Of a stretch of 64,000 nucleotides of DNA, positions 43,093-56,800 are shown in pieces (position 1 is the first letter of the stretch; each line of letters opens with the position of its first letter). Origin of the DNA: Macrostomum lignano (lineage: Eukaryota); assembly GCA_002269645.1 (NCBI GenBank), contig NIVC01003096.1:1-64000 (forward strand). Direction: 5' to 3'. Below the pieces are notes generated by a model. That model saw nothing but the letters and a program-made list of their open reading frames with translations. It was not told the origin of the DNA and searched no databases. The position numbers and the translations under genes are program-made.

Positions 43093-44831
43093 TCATCTGC
43101 CCCCTCCGAACCATAGAGAAGGCACTCCCCTATTTGAGCGCAAGGAGTAGCGCCTTAGCATGCTATCAGGGAGAGTTGGACAAGGCTCTGGTGCCATGTA
43201 AAGCACAGCATCGGGTGCCACTTCTGTTGCCTGTTCGGTATGTGCACCATTGTCGCCTTCCATGCTGCACCACTCAGGAGAACTGTTGATCAGGTCAGCA
43301 GCAGCATCACTGGCGTGTCTTGGTAATGGAGTGGCGGCATTGTTCTCTGCCTCTTCAGTGCTCGATTGATTTGCTTCCAGATTGATCAATGGTCGAATCT
43401 GATGCTGATGCGCCAATATGAGACACCCGGATCCTGGTTGAATGAGGGCGGTATTCGAGCCTTTCTGCAGGAGAAACTCCGCCTTTTCAGGAGAAGTCCA
43501 GCGGCGGGGACGTACCAGATGCCAGATCCAATCCACATGCGCATGGTAATGGGATTTCGCAGCTGCCGACCCATCAGCTCCGATGGGCTGTGCGGACATC
43601 CTGCATGCAGGATGCAGCAGTAGTTTAGTTTAGTAGAAGCCTGGCCAAGAAGCTCTCGTATGTTTCTCGACGATTCCAGCCCAGAGAGGCCTTCTTGATA
43701 GATTGAACCATTCGCTCCGCGATGCCGTTGGATGAGGATGCAGTGGCGGGGTCTTGATGGGGCAGCCAGCCAGCCGGTCATTCAGCATCATGGAATTCTG
43801 TCGCGTTGTCGCTCACCAGCACGTCAGGGACTCCATTGTAAAAGAAAACATCTTGGAGCACACGCTTCACGGTTGCTGCGCTTCTATCTGGAACTCGCAT
43901 GGCCTCCAGCTAGCCCGACATAGCGTCCACGAGAATCAGGATGAGACTGACTCCTGGCACGTGTGCATGGTCCATATGGACGCGGCACAATTGACCATTC
44001 TCTTGTGGCCAGCGGTGCACAGTGCTCTGACCTCTCGGATGAAGTCTGGCACATGTTAGACAGGCACCTGTATCCCAAGCAGATTAAAGGTGCCCTTTTA
44101 AGGTTTGTCGGCCAGTTTGTACCAAAGAAGGATAGCTCTGCCTGTCCAGTGCACGATGCGCGCATCCTCCTTGCTGGCTTTGGATAGGCGCTAAGTTGAC
44201 TCATCTATGAAATGGAGACGTGGGATCTCACCGCCTTTTACATATTTGATTCGCACTCGCCACCTTTGGGAGCTGCCGCCTCTTGCCAAATAGAAATTCT
44301 AGGGGCCGGTGGTCTGTCTTCAGAGAAAAGCAGGTTCCCAGCAAAAATTGGCAGGCTCATTCCATAACCCAGACAATTGCAAGGGCCTCTCACTTTACGT
44401 TGGATTATCTAGACTTACCTGGTAGCTTCACTTGATCTCCTGCTGAAGTACATCACAGGATGTCCATCTTGGGTGAGAATCGCAGCAATAGCATGATCAC
44501 TGGCATCCGTGGTCAGCGTTGTTTCCTTTTTCTAATTGAATGGGCAGATAATGGGTCTGCTGGCCAGGAGTTCCTTCAGATGGTGAAATGCCCGATCCTG
44601 TTCTGCGCCCAAATAAAGTCAGTATTCCTACCTCTTAGCTGATTCAATGGCTCAACGATGCTGAAGTATTCTTCACGAACCTCCCAAAAAGTTGCAGAGG
44701 CCTAAGGACTCTAACTGGCGACGGTCCTTGGGTGCATTGATTTCCTGGATTATTTTAACCAACTTTGGATCGGGTGAGACGCCTGTAGTGCTAATCCTAT
44801 AGCCCAGAAATCTCACCTTCGCAAGTTCTAA
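43093..44831 (-). mobile_element. Decayed Ty3/Gypsy LTR-retrotransposon pol (RT C-terminus, RNase H, integrase), with stops and frameshifts
   Basis: Minus-strand fragments in Gypsy order: VRFLGYRISTTGVSPDP (RT end), [26 protein letters not shown] and AIVW...LKTDHRPLEFLF (RNase H), CLTC, RVHMDHAHVPGVSLILILVDAMSG*LEA and VLVSDNATEF (integrase). The C-terminal LRRYSLRSNRG...GGGR* overlaps a purine tract followed by TG (possible PPT/3' LTR start near 43094). Confidence 0.9.
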
Positions 44832-47800
44832 CTCATTTGATTAGATTGGATTGAGGGGATAAATTTTCCTTTCTCAGTGTAGGTTTGTAAGTACTCATTT
44901 GATTAGATTGGATTGAGGGGATAAATTTTCCTTTCTCAATGTAGGTTCGTAAGTACTCATTTGATTAGATTGGATTGAGGGGATAAATTTTCCTTTCTCA
45001 ATGTAGGTTCGTAAGTACTCATTTGATTAGATTGGATTGAGGGGATAAATTTTCCTTTCTCAGTGTAGGTTTGTAAGTACTCATTTGATTAGATTGGATT
45101 GAGGGGATAAATTTTCCTTTCTCAGTATAGGTTTGTAAGTACTCATTTGATTAGATTGGATTGAGGGGATAAATTTGCCTTTCTCAGTGTAGGTTTGTAA
45201 GTACTCATTTGATTAGATTGGATTGAGGGGATAAATTTTCCTTTCTCAGTGTAGGTTTGTAAGTACTCATTTGATTAGATTGGATTGAGGGGATAAATTT
45301 GCCTTTCTCAGTGTAGGTTTGTAAGTACTCATTTGATTAGATTGGATTGAGGGGATAAATTTTCCTTTCTCAGTGTAGGTTTGTAAGTACTCATTTGATT
45401 AGATTGGATTGAGGGGATAAATTTTCCTTTATCAGTGTAGGTTTGTAAGTACTCATTTGATTAGATTGGATTGAGAGGATAAATTTTCCTTTCTCAGTGT
45501 AGGTTTGTAAGTACTCATTTGATTAGATTGGATTGAGGGGATAAATTTTCCTCTCTCCGTGTAGGTTTGTAAGTACTCATTTGATTAGATTGGATTGAGG
45601 GGATAAATTTTCCTTTCTCAGTGTAGGTTTGCAAGTACTCATTTGATTAGATTGGATTGAGGGGATAAATTTTCCTTTCTCAGTGTAGGTTTGTAAGTAC
45701 TCATTTGATTAGATTAGATTGAGGGGATAAATTTTCCTTTCTCAGTGTAGGTTTGTAAGTACTCATTTGATTAGATTGGATTGAGGGGATAAATTTTCCT
45801 TTCTCAGTATAGGTTTGCAAGTACTCATTTGATTAGATTGGATTGAGGGGATAAATTTGCCTTTCTCAGTGTAGGTTTGTAAGTACTCATTTGATTAGAT
45901 TGGATTGAGGGGATAAATTTGCCTTTCTCAGTGTAGGTTTGTAAGTACTCATTTGATTAGATTGGATTGAGGGGATAAATTTGCCTTTCTCAGTGTAGGT
46001 TTGTAAGTACTCATTTGATTAGATTGGATTGAGGGGATAAATTTGCCTTTCTCAGTATAGGTTTGCAAGTACTCATTTGATTAAATTGGATTGAGGGGAT
46101 AAATTTGCCTTTCTCAGTGTAGGTTTGCAAGTACTCATTTGATTAGATTGGATTGAGGGGATAAATTTTCCTTTCTCAGTGTAGGTTTGTAAGTACTCAT
46201 TTGATTAGATTGGATTGAGGGGATAAATTTTCCTTTATCAGTGTAGGTTTGTAAGTACTCATTTGATTAGATTGGATTGAGGGGATAAATTTGCCTTTCT
46301 CAGTGTAGGTTTGCAAGTACTCATTTGATTAGATTGGATTGAGGGGATAAATTTTCCTTTCTCAGTGTAGGTTTGCAAGTACTCATTTGATTAGATTGGA
46401 TTGAGGGGATAAATTTTCCTTTCTCAGTGTAGGTTTGTAAGTACTCATTTGATTAGATTGGATTGAGGGGATAAATTTTCCTTTCTCAGTGTAGGTTTGT
46501 AAGTACTCATTTGATTAGATTGGATTGAGGGGATAAATTTGCCTTTCTCAGTGTAGGTTTGTAAGTACTCATTTGATTAGATTGGATTGAGGGGATAAAT
46601 TTGCCTTTCTCAGTGTAGGTTTGCAAGTACTCATTTGATTAGATTGGATTGAGGGGATAAATTTGCCTTTCTCAGTGTAGGTTTGTAAGTACTCATTTGA
46701 TTAGATTGGATTGAGGGGATAAATTTTCCTTTCTCAGTGTAGGTTTGTAAGTACTCATTTGATTAGATTGGATTGAGGGGATAAATTTGCCTTTCTCAGT
46801 GTAGGTTTGTATGTACTCATTTGATTAGATTGGATTGAGGGGATAAATTTGCCTTTCTCAGTGTAGGTTTGCAAGTACTCATTTGATTAGATTGGATTGA
46901 GGGGATAAATTTGCCTTTCTCAGTGTAGGTTTGTAAGTACTCATTTGATTAGATTGGATTGAGGGGATAAATTTGCCTTTCTCAGTGTAGGTTTGTAAGT
47001 ACTCATTTGATTAGATTGGATTGAGGGGATAAATTTGCCTTTCTCAGTGTAGGTTTGTAAGTACTCATTTGATTAGATTGGATTGAGGGGATAAATTTTC
47101 CTTTCTCAGTGTAGGTTTGTAAGTACTCATTTGATTAGATTAGATTGAGGGGATAAATTTTCCTTTCTCAGTGTAGGTTTGCAAGTACTCATTTGATTAG
47201 ATTGGATTGAGGGGATAAATTTTCCTTTCTCAGTGTAGGTTTGCAAGTACTCATTTGATTAGATTGGATTGAGGGGATAAATTTTCCTTTCTCAGTGTAG
47301 GTTTGTAAGTACTCATTTGATTAGATTGGATTGAGGGGATAAATTTGCCTTTCTCAGTGTAGGTTTGTAAGTACTCATTTGATTAGATTGGATTGAGGGG
47401 ATAAATTTGCCTTTCTCAGTGTAGGTTTGTAAGTACTCATTTGATTAGATTGGATTGAGGGGATAAATTTGCCTTTCTCAGTATAGGTTTGCAAGTACTC
47501 ATTTGATTAAATTGGATTGAGGGGATAAATTTGCCTTTCTCAGTGTAGGTTTGTAAGTACTCATTTGATTAGATTGGATTGAGAGGATAAATTTGCCTTT
47601 CTCAGTGTAGGTTTGTAAGTACTCATTTGATTAGATTGGATTGAGGGGATAAATTTTCCTTTCTCAGTGTAGGTTTGTAAGTACTCATTTGATTAGATTG
47701 GATTGAGGGGATAAATTTGCCTTTCTCAGTGTAGGTTTGCAAGTACTCATTTGATTAGATTGGATTGAGGGGATAAATTTTCCTTTCTCAGTGTAGGTTT

Positions 47801-50800
47801 GCAAGTACTCATTTGATTAGATTGGATTGAGGGGATAAATTTTCCTTTCTCAGTGTAGGTTTGTAAGTACTCATTTGATTAGATTGGATTGAGGGGATAA
47901 ATTTTCCTTTCTCAGTGTAGGTTTGCAAGTACTCATTTGATTAGATTGGATTGAGGGGATAAATTTTCCTTTCTCAGTGTAGGTTTGCAAGTACTCATTT
48001 GATTAGATTGGATTGAGGGGATAAATTTTCCTTTCTCAGTGTAGGTTTGTAAGTACTCATTTGATTAGATTGGATTGAGGGGATAAATTTGCCTTTCTCA
48101 GTGTAGGTTTGTAAGTACTCATTTGATTAGATTGGATTGAGGGGATAAATTTGCCTTTCTCAGTGTAGGTTTGTATGTACTCATTTGATTAGATTGGATT
48201 GAGGGGATAAATTTGCCTTTCTCAGTATAGGTTTGTAAGTACTCATTTGATTAGATTGGATTGAGGGGATAAATTTGCCTTTCTCAGTGTAGGTTTGTAA
48301 GTACTCATTTGATTAGATTGGATTGAGAGGATAAATTTGCCTTTCTCAGTGTAGGTTTGTAAGTACTCATTTGATTAGATTGGATTGAGGGGATAAATTT
48401 TCCTTTCTCAGTGTAGGTTTGCAAGTACTCATTTGATTAGATTGGATTGAGGGGATAAATTTTCCTTTCTCAGTGTAGGTTTGTAAGTACTCATTTGATT
48501 AGATTGGATTGAGGGGATAAATTTTCCTTTCTCAGTGTAGGTTTGTAAGTACTCATTTGATTAGATTGGATTGAGGGGATAAATTTTCCTTTCTCAGTGT
48601 AGGTTTGTAAGTACTCATTTGATTAGATTGGATTGAGGGGATAAATTTGCCTTTCTCAGTGTAGGTTTGTAAGTACTCATTTGATTAGATTGGATTGAGG
48701 GGATAAATTTGCCTTTCTCAGTGTAGGTTTGTAAGTACTCATTTGATTAGATTGGATTGAGGGGATAAATTTGCCTTTCTCAGTGTAGGTTTGTAAGTAC
48801 TCATTTGATTAGATTGGATTGAGGGGATAAATTTTCCTTTCTCAGTGTAGGTTTGTAAGTACTCATTTGATTAGATTGGATTGAGGGGATAAATTTGCCT
48901 TTCTCAGTGTAGGTTTGTAAGTACTCATTTGATTAGATTGGATTGAGGGGATAAATTTGCCTTTCTCAGTGTAGGTTTGTAAGTACTCATTTGATTAGAT
49001 TGGATTGAGGGGATAAATTTTCCTTTCTCAGTGTAGGTTTGTAAGTACTCATTTGATTAGATTGGATTGAGGGGATAAATTTGCCTTTCTCAGTGTAGGT
49101 TTGTAAGTACTCATTTGATTAGATTGGATTGAGGGGATAAATTTGCCTTTCTCAGTGTAGGTTTGTAAGTACTCATTTGATTAGATTGGATTGAGGGGAT
49201 AAATTTTCCTTTCTCAGTGTAGGTTTGTAAGTACTCATTTGATTAGATTGGATTGAGGGGATAAATTTTCCTTTCTCAGTGTAGGTTTGTAAGTACTCAT
49301 TTGATTAGATTGGATTGAGGGGATAAATTTTCCTTTCTCAGTGTAGGTTTGTAAGTACTCATTTGATTAGATTGGATTGAGGGGATAAATTTTCCTTTCT
49401 CAGTGTAGGTTTGTAAGTACTCATTTGATTAGATTGGATTGAGGGGATAAATTTGCCTTTCTCAGTGTAGGTTTGTAAGTACTCATTTGATTAGATTGGA
49501 TTGAGGGGATAAATTTGCCTTTCTCAGTGTAGGTTTGTAAGTACTCATTTGATTAGATTGGATTGAGGGGATAAATTTTCCTTTCTCAGTGTAGGTTTGT
49601 AAGTACTCATTTGATTAGATTGGATTGAGGGGATAAATTTGCCTTTCTCAGTGTAGGTTTGTAAGTACTCATTTGATTAGATTGGATTGAGGGGATAAAT
49701 TTGCCTTTCTCAGTGTAGGTTTGTAAGTACTCATTTGATTAGATTGGATTGAGGGGATAAATTTGCCTTTCTCAGTGTAGGTTTGTAAGTACTCATTTGA
49801 TTAGATTGGATTGAGGGGATAAATTTTCCTTTCTCAGTGTAGGTTTGTAAGTACTCATTTGATTAGATTGGATTGAGGGGATAAATTTTCCTTTCTCAGT
49901 GTAGGTTTGTAAGTACTCATTTGATTAGATTGGATTGAGGGGATAAATTTGCCTTTCTCAGTGTAGGTTTGTAAGTACTCATTTGATTAGATTGGATTGA
50001 GGGGATAAATTTTCCTTTCTCAGTGTAGGTTTGTAAGTACTCATTTGATTAGATTGGATTGAGGGGATAAATTTTCCTTTCTCAGTGTAGGTTTGTAAGT
50101 ACTCATTTGATTAGATTGGATTGAGGGGATAAATTTGCCTTTCTCAGTGTAGGTTTGTAAGTACTCATTTGATTAGATTGGATTGAGGGGATAAATTTGC
50201 CTTTCTCAGTGTAGGTTTGTAAGTACTCATTTGATTAGATTGGATTGAGGGGATAAATTTTCCTTTCTCAGTGTAGGTTTGTAAGTACTCATTTGATTAG
50301 ATTGGATTGAGGGGATAAATTTGCCTTTCTCAGTGTAGGTTTGTAAGTACTCATTTGATTAGATTGGATTGAGGGGATAAATTTTCCTTTCTCAGTGTAG
50401 GTTTGTAAGTACTCATTTGATTAGATTGGATTGAGGGGATAAATTTGCCTTTCTCAGTGTAGGTTTGTAAGTACTCATTTGATTAGATTGGATTGAGGGG
50501 ATAAATTTTCCTTTCTCAGTGTAGGTTTGTAAGTACTCATTTGATTAGATTGGATTGAGGGGATAAATTTGCCTTTCTCAGTGTAGGTTTGTAAGTACTC
50601 ATTTGATTAGATTGGATTGAGGGGATAAATTTTCCTTTCTCAGTGTAGGTTTGTAAGTACTCATTTGATTAGATTGGATTGAGGGGATAAATTTTCCTTT
50701 CTCAGTGTAGGTTTGTAAGTACTCATTTGATTAGATTGGATTGAGGGGATAAATTTTCCTTTCTCAGTGTAGGTTTGTAAGTACTCATTTGATTAGATTG

Positions 50801-53800
50801 GATTGAGGGGATAAATTTTCCTTTCTCAGTGTAGGTTTGTAAGTACTCATTTGATTAGATTGGATTGAGGGGATAAATTTGCCTTTCTCAGTGTAGGTTT
50901 GTAAGTACTCATTTGATTAGATTGGATTGAGGGGATAAATTTGCCTTTCTCAGTGTAGGTTTGTAAGTACTCATTTGATTAGATTGGATTGAGGGGATAA
51001 ATTTTCCTTTCTCAGTGTAGGTTTGTAAGTACTCATTTGATTAGATTGGATTGAGGGGATAAATTTTCCTTTCTCAGTGTAGGTTTGTAAGTACTCATTT
51101 GATTAGATTGGATTGAGGGGATAAATTTTCCTTTCTCAGTGTAGGTTTGTAAGTACTCATTTGATTAGATTGGATTGAGGGGATAAATTTGCCTTTCTCA
51201 GTGTAGGTTTGTAAGTACTCATTTGATTAGATTGGATTGAGGGGATAAATTTTCCTTTCTCAGTGTAGGTTTGTAAGTACTCATTTGATTAGATTGGATT
51301 GAGGGGATAAATTTGCCTTTCTCAGTGTAGGTTTGTAAGTACTCATTTGATTAGATTGGATTGAGGGGATAAATTTTCCTTTCTCAGTGTAGGTTTGTAA
51401 GTACTCATTTGATTAGATTGGATTGAGGGGATAAATTTGCCTTTCTCAGTGTAGGTTTGTAAGTACTCATTTGATTAGATTGGATTGAGGGGATAAATTT
51501 TCCTTTCTCAGTGTAGGTTTGTAAGTACTCATTTGATTAGATTGGATTGAGGGGATAAATTTGCCTTTCTCAGTGTAGGTTTGTAAGTACTCATTTGATT
51601 AGATTGGATTGAGGGGATAAATTTTCCTTTCTCAGTGTAGGTTTGTAAGTACTCATTTGATTAGATTGGATTGAGGGGATAAATTTTCCTTTCTCAGTGT
51701 AGGTTTGTAAGTACTCATTTGATTAGATTGGATTGAGGGGATAAATTTCCTTTCTCAGTGTAGGTTTGTAAGTACTCATTTGATTAGATTGGATTGAGGG
51801 GATAAATTTTCCTTTCTCAGTGTAGGTTTGTAAGTACTCATTTGATTAGATTGGATTGAGGGGATAAATTTTCCTTTCTCAGTGTAGGTTTGTAAGTACT
51901 CATTTGATTAGATTGGATTGAGGGGATAAATTTGCCTTTCTCAGTGTAGGTTTGTAAGTACTCATTTGATTAGATTGGATTGAGGGGATAAATTTGCCTT
52001 TCTCAGTGTAGGTTTGTAAGTACTCATTTGATTAGATTGGATTGAGGGGATAAATTTGCCTTTCTCAGTGTAGGTTTGTAAGTACTCATTTGATTAGATT
52101 GGATTGAGGGGATAAATTTGCCTTTCTCAGTGTAGGTTTGTAAGTACTCATTTGATTAGATTGGATTGAGGGGATAAATTTTCCTTTCTCAGTGTAGGTT
52201 TGTAAGTACTCATTTGATTAGATTGGATTGAGGGGATAAATTTGCCTTTCTCAGTGTAGGTTTGTAAGTACTCATTTGATTAGATTGGATTGAGGGGATA
52301 AATTTGCCTTTCTCAGTGTAGGTTTGTAAGTACTCATTTGATTAGATTGGATTGAGGGGATAAATTTGCCTTTCTCAGTGTAGGTTTGTAAGTACTCATT
52401 TGATTAGATTGGATTGAGGGGATAAATTTTCCTTTCTCAGTGTAGGTTTGTAAGTACTCATTTGATTAGATTGGATTGAGGGGATAAATTTGCCTTTCTC
52501 AGTGTAGGTTTGTAAGTACTCATTTGATTAGATTGGATTGAGGGGATAAATTTGCCTTTCTCAGTGTAGGTTTGTAAGTACTCATTTGATTAGATTGGAT
52601 TGAGGGGATAAATTTGCCTTTCTCAGTGTAGGTTTGTAAGTACTCATTTGATTAGATTGGATTGAGGGGATAAATTTGCCTTTCTCAGTGTAGGTTTGTA
52701 AGTACTCATTTGATTAGATTGGATTGAGGGGATAAATTTTCCTTTCTCAGTGTAGGTTTGTAAGTACTCATTTGATTAGATTGGATTGAGGGGATAAATT
52801 TTCCTTTCTCAGTGTAGGTTTGTAAGTACTCATTTGATTAGATTGGATTGAGGGGATAAATTTGCCTTTCTCAGTGTAGGTTTGTAAGTACTCATTTGAT
52901 TAGATTGGATTGAGGGGATAAATTTGCCTTTCTCAGTGTAGGTTTGTAAGTACTCATTTGATTAGATTGGATTGAGGGGATAAATTTGCCTTTCTCAGTG
53001 TAGGTTTGTAAGTACTCATTTGATTAGATTGGATTGAGGGGATAAATTTCCTTTCTCAGTGTAGGTTTGTAAGTACTCATTTGATTAGATTGGATTGAGG
53101 GGATAAATTTTCCTTTCTCAGTGTAGGTTTGTAAGTACTCATTTGATTAGATTGGATTGAGGGGATAAATTTTCCTTTCTCAGTGTAGGTTTGTAAGTAC
53201 TCATTTGATTAGATTGGATTGAGGGGATAAATTTGCCTTTCTCAGTGTAGGTTTGTAAGTACTCATTTGATTAGATTGGATTGAGGGGATAAATTTGCCT
53301 TTCTCAGTGTAGGTTTGTAAGTACTCATTTGATTAGATTGGATTGAGGGGATAAATTTGCCTTTCTCAGTGTAGGTTTGTAAGTACTCATTTGATTAGAT
53401 TGGATTGAGGGGATAAATTTGCCTTTCTCAGTGTAGGTTTGTAAGTACTCATTTGATTAGATTGGATTGAGGGGATAAATTTGCCTTTCTCAGTGTAGGT
53501 TTGTAAGTACTCATTTGATTAGATTGGATTGAGGGGATAAATTTGCCTTTCTCAGTGTAGGTTTGTAAGTACTCATTTGATTAGATTGGATTGAGGGGAT
53601 AAATTTGCCTTTCTCAGTGTAGGTTTGTAAGTACTCATTTGATTAGATTGGATTGAGGGGATAAATTTGCCTTTCTCAGTGTAGGTTTGTAAGTACTCAT
53701 TTGATTAGATTGGATTGAGGGGATAAATTTGCCTTTCTCAGTGTAGGTTTGTAAGTACTCATTTGATTAGATTGGATTGAGGGGATAAATTTGCCTTTCT

Positions 53801-56800
53801 CAGTGTAGGTTTGTAAGTACTCATTTGATTAGATTGGATTGAGGGGATAAATTTTCCTTTCTCAGTGTAGGTTTGTAAGTACTCATTTGATTAGATTGGA
53901 TTGAGGGGATAAATTTGCCTTTCTCAGTGTAGGTTTGTAAGTACTCATTTGATTAGATTGGATTGAGGGGATAAATTTTCCTTTCTCAGTGTAGGTTTGT
54001 AAGTACTCATTTGATTAGATTGGATTGAGGGGATAAATTTTCCTTTCTCAGTGTAGGTTTGTAAGTACTCATTTGATTAGATTGGATTGAGGGGATAAAT
54101 TTTCCTTTCTCAGTGTAGGTTTGTAAGTACTCATTTGATTAGATTGGATTGAGGGGATAAATTTGCCTTTCTCAGTGTAGGTTTGTAAGTACTCATTTGA
54201 TTAGATTGGATTGAGGGGATAAATTTGCCTTTCTCAGTGTAGGTTTGTAAGTACTCATTTGATTAGATTGGATTGAGGGGATAAATTTGCCTTTCTCAGT
54301 GTAGGTTTGTAAGTACTCATTTGATTAGATTGGATTGAGGGGATAAATTTTCCTTTCTCAGTGTAGGTTTGTAAGTACTCATTTGATTAGATTGGATTGA
54401 GGGGATAAATTTGCCTTTCTCAGTGTAGGTTTGTAAGTACTCATTTGATTAGATTGGATTGAGGGGATAAATTTTCCTTTCTCAGTGTAGGTTTGTAAGT
54501 ACTCATTTGATTAGATTGGATTGAGGGGATAAATTTGCCTTTCTCAGTGTAGGTTTGTAAGTACTCATTTGATTAGATTGGATTGAGGGGATAAATTTGC
54601 CTTTCTCAGTGTAGGTTTGTAAGTACTCATTTGATTAGATTGGATTGAGGGGATAAATTTGCCTTTCTCAGTGTAGGTTTGTAAGTACTCATTTGATTAG
54701 ATTGGATTGAGGGGATAAATTTGCCTTTCTCAGTGTAGGTTTGTAAGTACTCATTTGATTAGATTGGATTGAGGGGATAAATTTGCCTTTCTCAGTGTAG
54801 GTTTGTAAGTACTCATTTGATTAGATTGGATTGAGGGGATAAATTTGCCTTTCTCAGTGTAGGTTTGTAAGTACTCATTTGATTAGATTGGATTGAGGGG
54901 ATAAATTTCCTTTCTCAGTGTAGGTTTGTAAGTACTCATTTGATTAGATTGGATTGAGGGGATAAATTTTCCTTTCTCAGTGTAGGTTTGTAAGTACTCA
55001 TTTGATTAGATTGGATTGAGGGGATAAATTTGCCTTTCTCAGTGTAGGTTTGTAAGTACTCATTTGATTAGATTGGATTGAGGGGATAAATTTGCCTTTC
55101 TCAGTGTAGGTTTGTAAGTACTCATTTGATTAGATTGGATTGAGGGGATAAATTTTCCTTTCTCAGTGTAGGTTTGTAAGTACTCATTTGATTAGATTGG
55201 ATTGAGGGGATAAATTTGCCTTTCTCAGTGTAGGTTTGTAAGTACTCATTTGATTAGATTGGATTGAGGGGATAAATTTGCCTTTCTCAGTGTAGGTTTG
55301 TAAGTACTCATTTGATTAGATTGGATTGAGGGGATAAATTTTCCTTTCTCAGTGTAGGTTTGTAAGTACTCATTTGATTAGATTGGATTGAGGGGATAAA
55401 TTTGCCTTTCTCAGTGTAGGTTTGTAAGTACTCATTTGATTAGATTGGATTGAGGGGATAAATTTGCCTTTCTCAGTGTAGGTTTGTAAGTACTCATTTG
55501 ATTAGATTGGATTGAGGGGATAAATTTGCCTTTCTCAGTGTAGGTTTGTAAGTACTCATTTGATTAGATTGGATTGAGGGGATAAATTTTCCTTTCTCAG
55601 TGTAGGTTTGTAAGTACTCATTTGATTAGATTGGATTGAGGGGATAAATTTGCCTTTCTCAGTGTAGGTTTGTAAGTACTCATTTGATTAGATTGGATTG
55701 AGGGGATAAATTTGCCTTTCTCAGTGTAGGTTTGTAAGTACTCATTTGATTAGATTGGATTGAGGGGATAAATTTGCCTTTCTCAGTGTAGGTTTGTAAG
55801 TACTCATTTGATTAGATTGGATTGAGGGGATAAATTTTCCTTTCTCAGTGTAGGTTTGTAAGTACTCATTTGATTAGATTGGATTGAGGGGATAAATTTC
55901 CTTTCTCAGTGTAGGTTTGTAAGTACTCATTTGATTAGATTGGATTGAGGGGATAAATTTGCCTTTCTCAGTGTAGGTTTGTAAGTACTCATTTGATTAG
56001 ATTGGATTGAGGGGATAAATTTTCCTTTCTCAGTGTAGGTTTGTAAGTACTCATTTGATTAGATTGGATTGAGGGGATAAATTTGCCTTTCTCAGTGTAG
56101 GTTTGTAAGTACTCATTTGATTAGATTGGATTGAGGGGATAAATTTGCCTTTCTCAGTGTAGGTTTGTAAGTACTCATTTGATTAGATTGGATTGAGGGG
56201 ATAAATTTCCTTTCTCAGTGTAGGTTTGTAAGTACTCATTTGATTAGATTGGATTGAGGGGATAAATTTGCCTTTCTCAGTGTAGGTTTGTAAGTACTCA
56301 TTTGATTAGATTGGATTGAGGGGATAAATTTGCCTTTCTCAGTGTAGGTTTGTAAGTACTCATTTGATTAGATTGGATTGAGGGGATAAATTTGCCTTTC
56401 TCAGTGTAGGTTTGTAAGTACTCATTTGATTAGATTGGATTGAGGGGATAAATTTTCCTTTCTCAGTGTAGGTTTGTAAGTACTCATTTGATTAGATTGG
56501 ATTGAGGGGATAAATTTTCCTTTCTCAGTGTAGGTTTGTAAGTACTCATTTGATTAGATTGGATTGAGGGGATAAATTTGCCTTTCTCAGTGTAGGTTTG
56601 TAAGTACTCATTTGATTAGATTGGATTGAGGGGATAAATTTGCCTTTCTCAGTGTAGGTTTGTAAGTACTCATTTGATTAGATTGGATTGAGGGGATAAA
56701 TTTTCCTTTCTCAGTGTAGGTTTGTAAGTACTCATTTGATTAGATTGGATTGAGGGGATAAATTTGCCTTTCTCAGTGTAGGTTTGTAAGTACTCATTTG

